NCBI GenBank assembly: GCA_002392345.1
Contig: DGGU01000042.1
Location: 14,358 to 78,357 of the forward strand
Direction: 5' to 3'
Length of the DNA stretch: 64,000 bases
Source of the DNA: Lachnospiraceae bacterium UBA3866
GTDB lineage: Bacteria; Bacillota; Clostridia; Lachnospirales; Lachnospiraceae
In this document: piece by piece, positions 63,774 through 64,000 of the stretch
Layout of the letters: the number at the start of each line of letters is the position of its first letter
Position numbering within the stretch: the first letter of the stretch is position 1
Notes under the pieces: generated by a model
The model's database searches: none
Told to the model about the DNA's origin: nothing
What the model saw: the letters and a program-made list of their open reading frames with translations, nothing else
Made by a program: the position numbers and the translations under genes

Positions 63774-64000
63774 ATGTCACGAAAGCTAACAGAGTTAAAC
63801 GAACTTAAGTCAAAACTTATGAGTGGCGGCGGAGAGAAAGCGATTGAAAAGCAACATTCTCTTGGCAAGATGACTGCTAGAGAAAGGCTTACTAAGCTTT
63901 TCGATCCTGGTACATTTGTTGAGACAGGGCTTTTTGTAAAGCACAGATGTACAAACTTTGGCATGGACAAGAAAGAAAGTCCAGCTGAAGGTGTGGTTAC
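63774..64000 (+). CDS. Acyl-CoA carboxyltransferase / (methyl)malonyl-CoA decarboxylase alpha-type subunit (3' end outside window)
   Basis: Not in the ORF track because it has no stop in the window. My translation: MSRKLTELNELKSKLMSGGGEKAIEKQHSLGKMTARERLTKLFDPGTFVETGLFVKHRCTNFGM, the typical N-terminus of PccB/MmdA carboxyltransferases. RBS AAGGAGGA. Confidence 0.75.
   Translation, partial: MSRKLTELNELKSKLMSGGGEKAIEKQHSLGKMTARERLTKLFDPGTFVETGLFVKHRCTNFGMDKKESPAEGVV

Overview
64-kb window from a low-GC, Gram-positive, Clostridia-like anaerobe; all calls rest on motifs read by eye, with no database search. The left ~32 kb is a selenium-dependent molybdenum-hydroxylase purine/urate catabolism island: ygeY, ygeW, xdhABC, ssnA, ygfK, xdhD, hyuA, an NCS2 purine permease, adenine deaminase, ridA and guaD. 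This island is interrupted by a 2050-aa repeat-rich surface protein and by small accessory cassettes (Fic + TfoX, MGMT + membrane protein, a CAT-like acetyltransferase, HicAB, a secreted protein). The most notable signal is a GC-rich, GTAG-headed REP-like repeat family with about 15 copies between nt 1111 and 27172, core CGTAGGGGCGAGCACTGCGAGCCCG. Copies sit mostly in tiny intergenic spacers and in same-orientation tandem arrays. Their orientation flips exactly at a 146-aa HUH/Y1 REP-associated tyrosine transposase (RAYT) gene at 23123..23563, and one copy is embedded in frame inside ygfK. The right half holds thyA, an AlgJ-like/MBOAT pair, tyrS, greA and a lysS carrying a C-terminal tRNA-binding domain. 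It continues with a very AT-rich type II R-M cassette with a divergent HTH controller, metQNI, a sugar/acid catabolic cluster (Fe-ADH, NhaC, 2-hydroxyacid dehydrogenase, FGGY kinase, class II aldolase) and an overlapping LRR / DUF2201-VWA / MoxR-type AAA operon. The window ends with desulfoferrodoxin, a CIRCE-controlled stand-alone dnaJ, darA, brnQ-lysR, and an mdcA-like gene followed by a carboxyltransferase. No rRNA, tRNA or CRISPR was seen.
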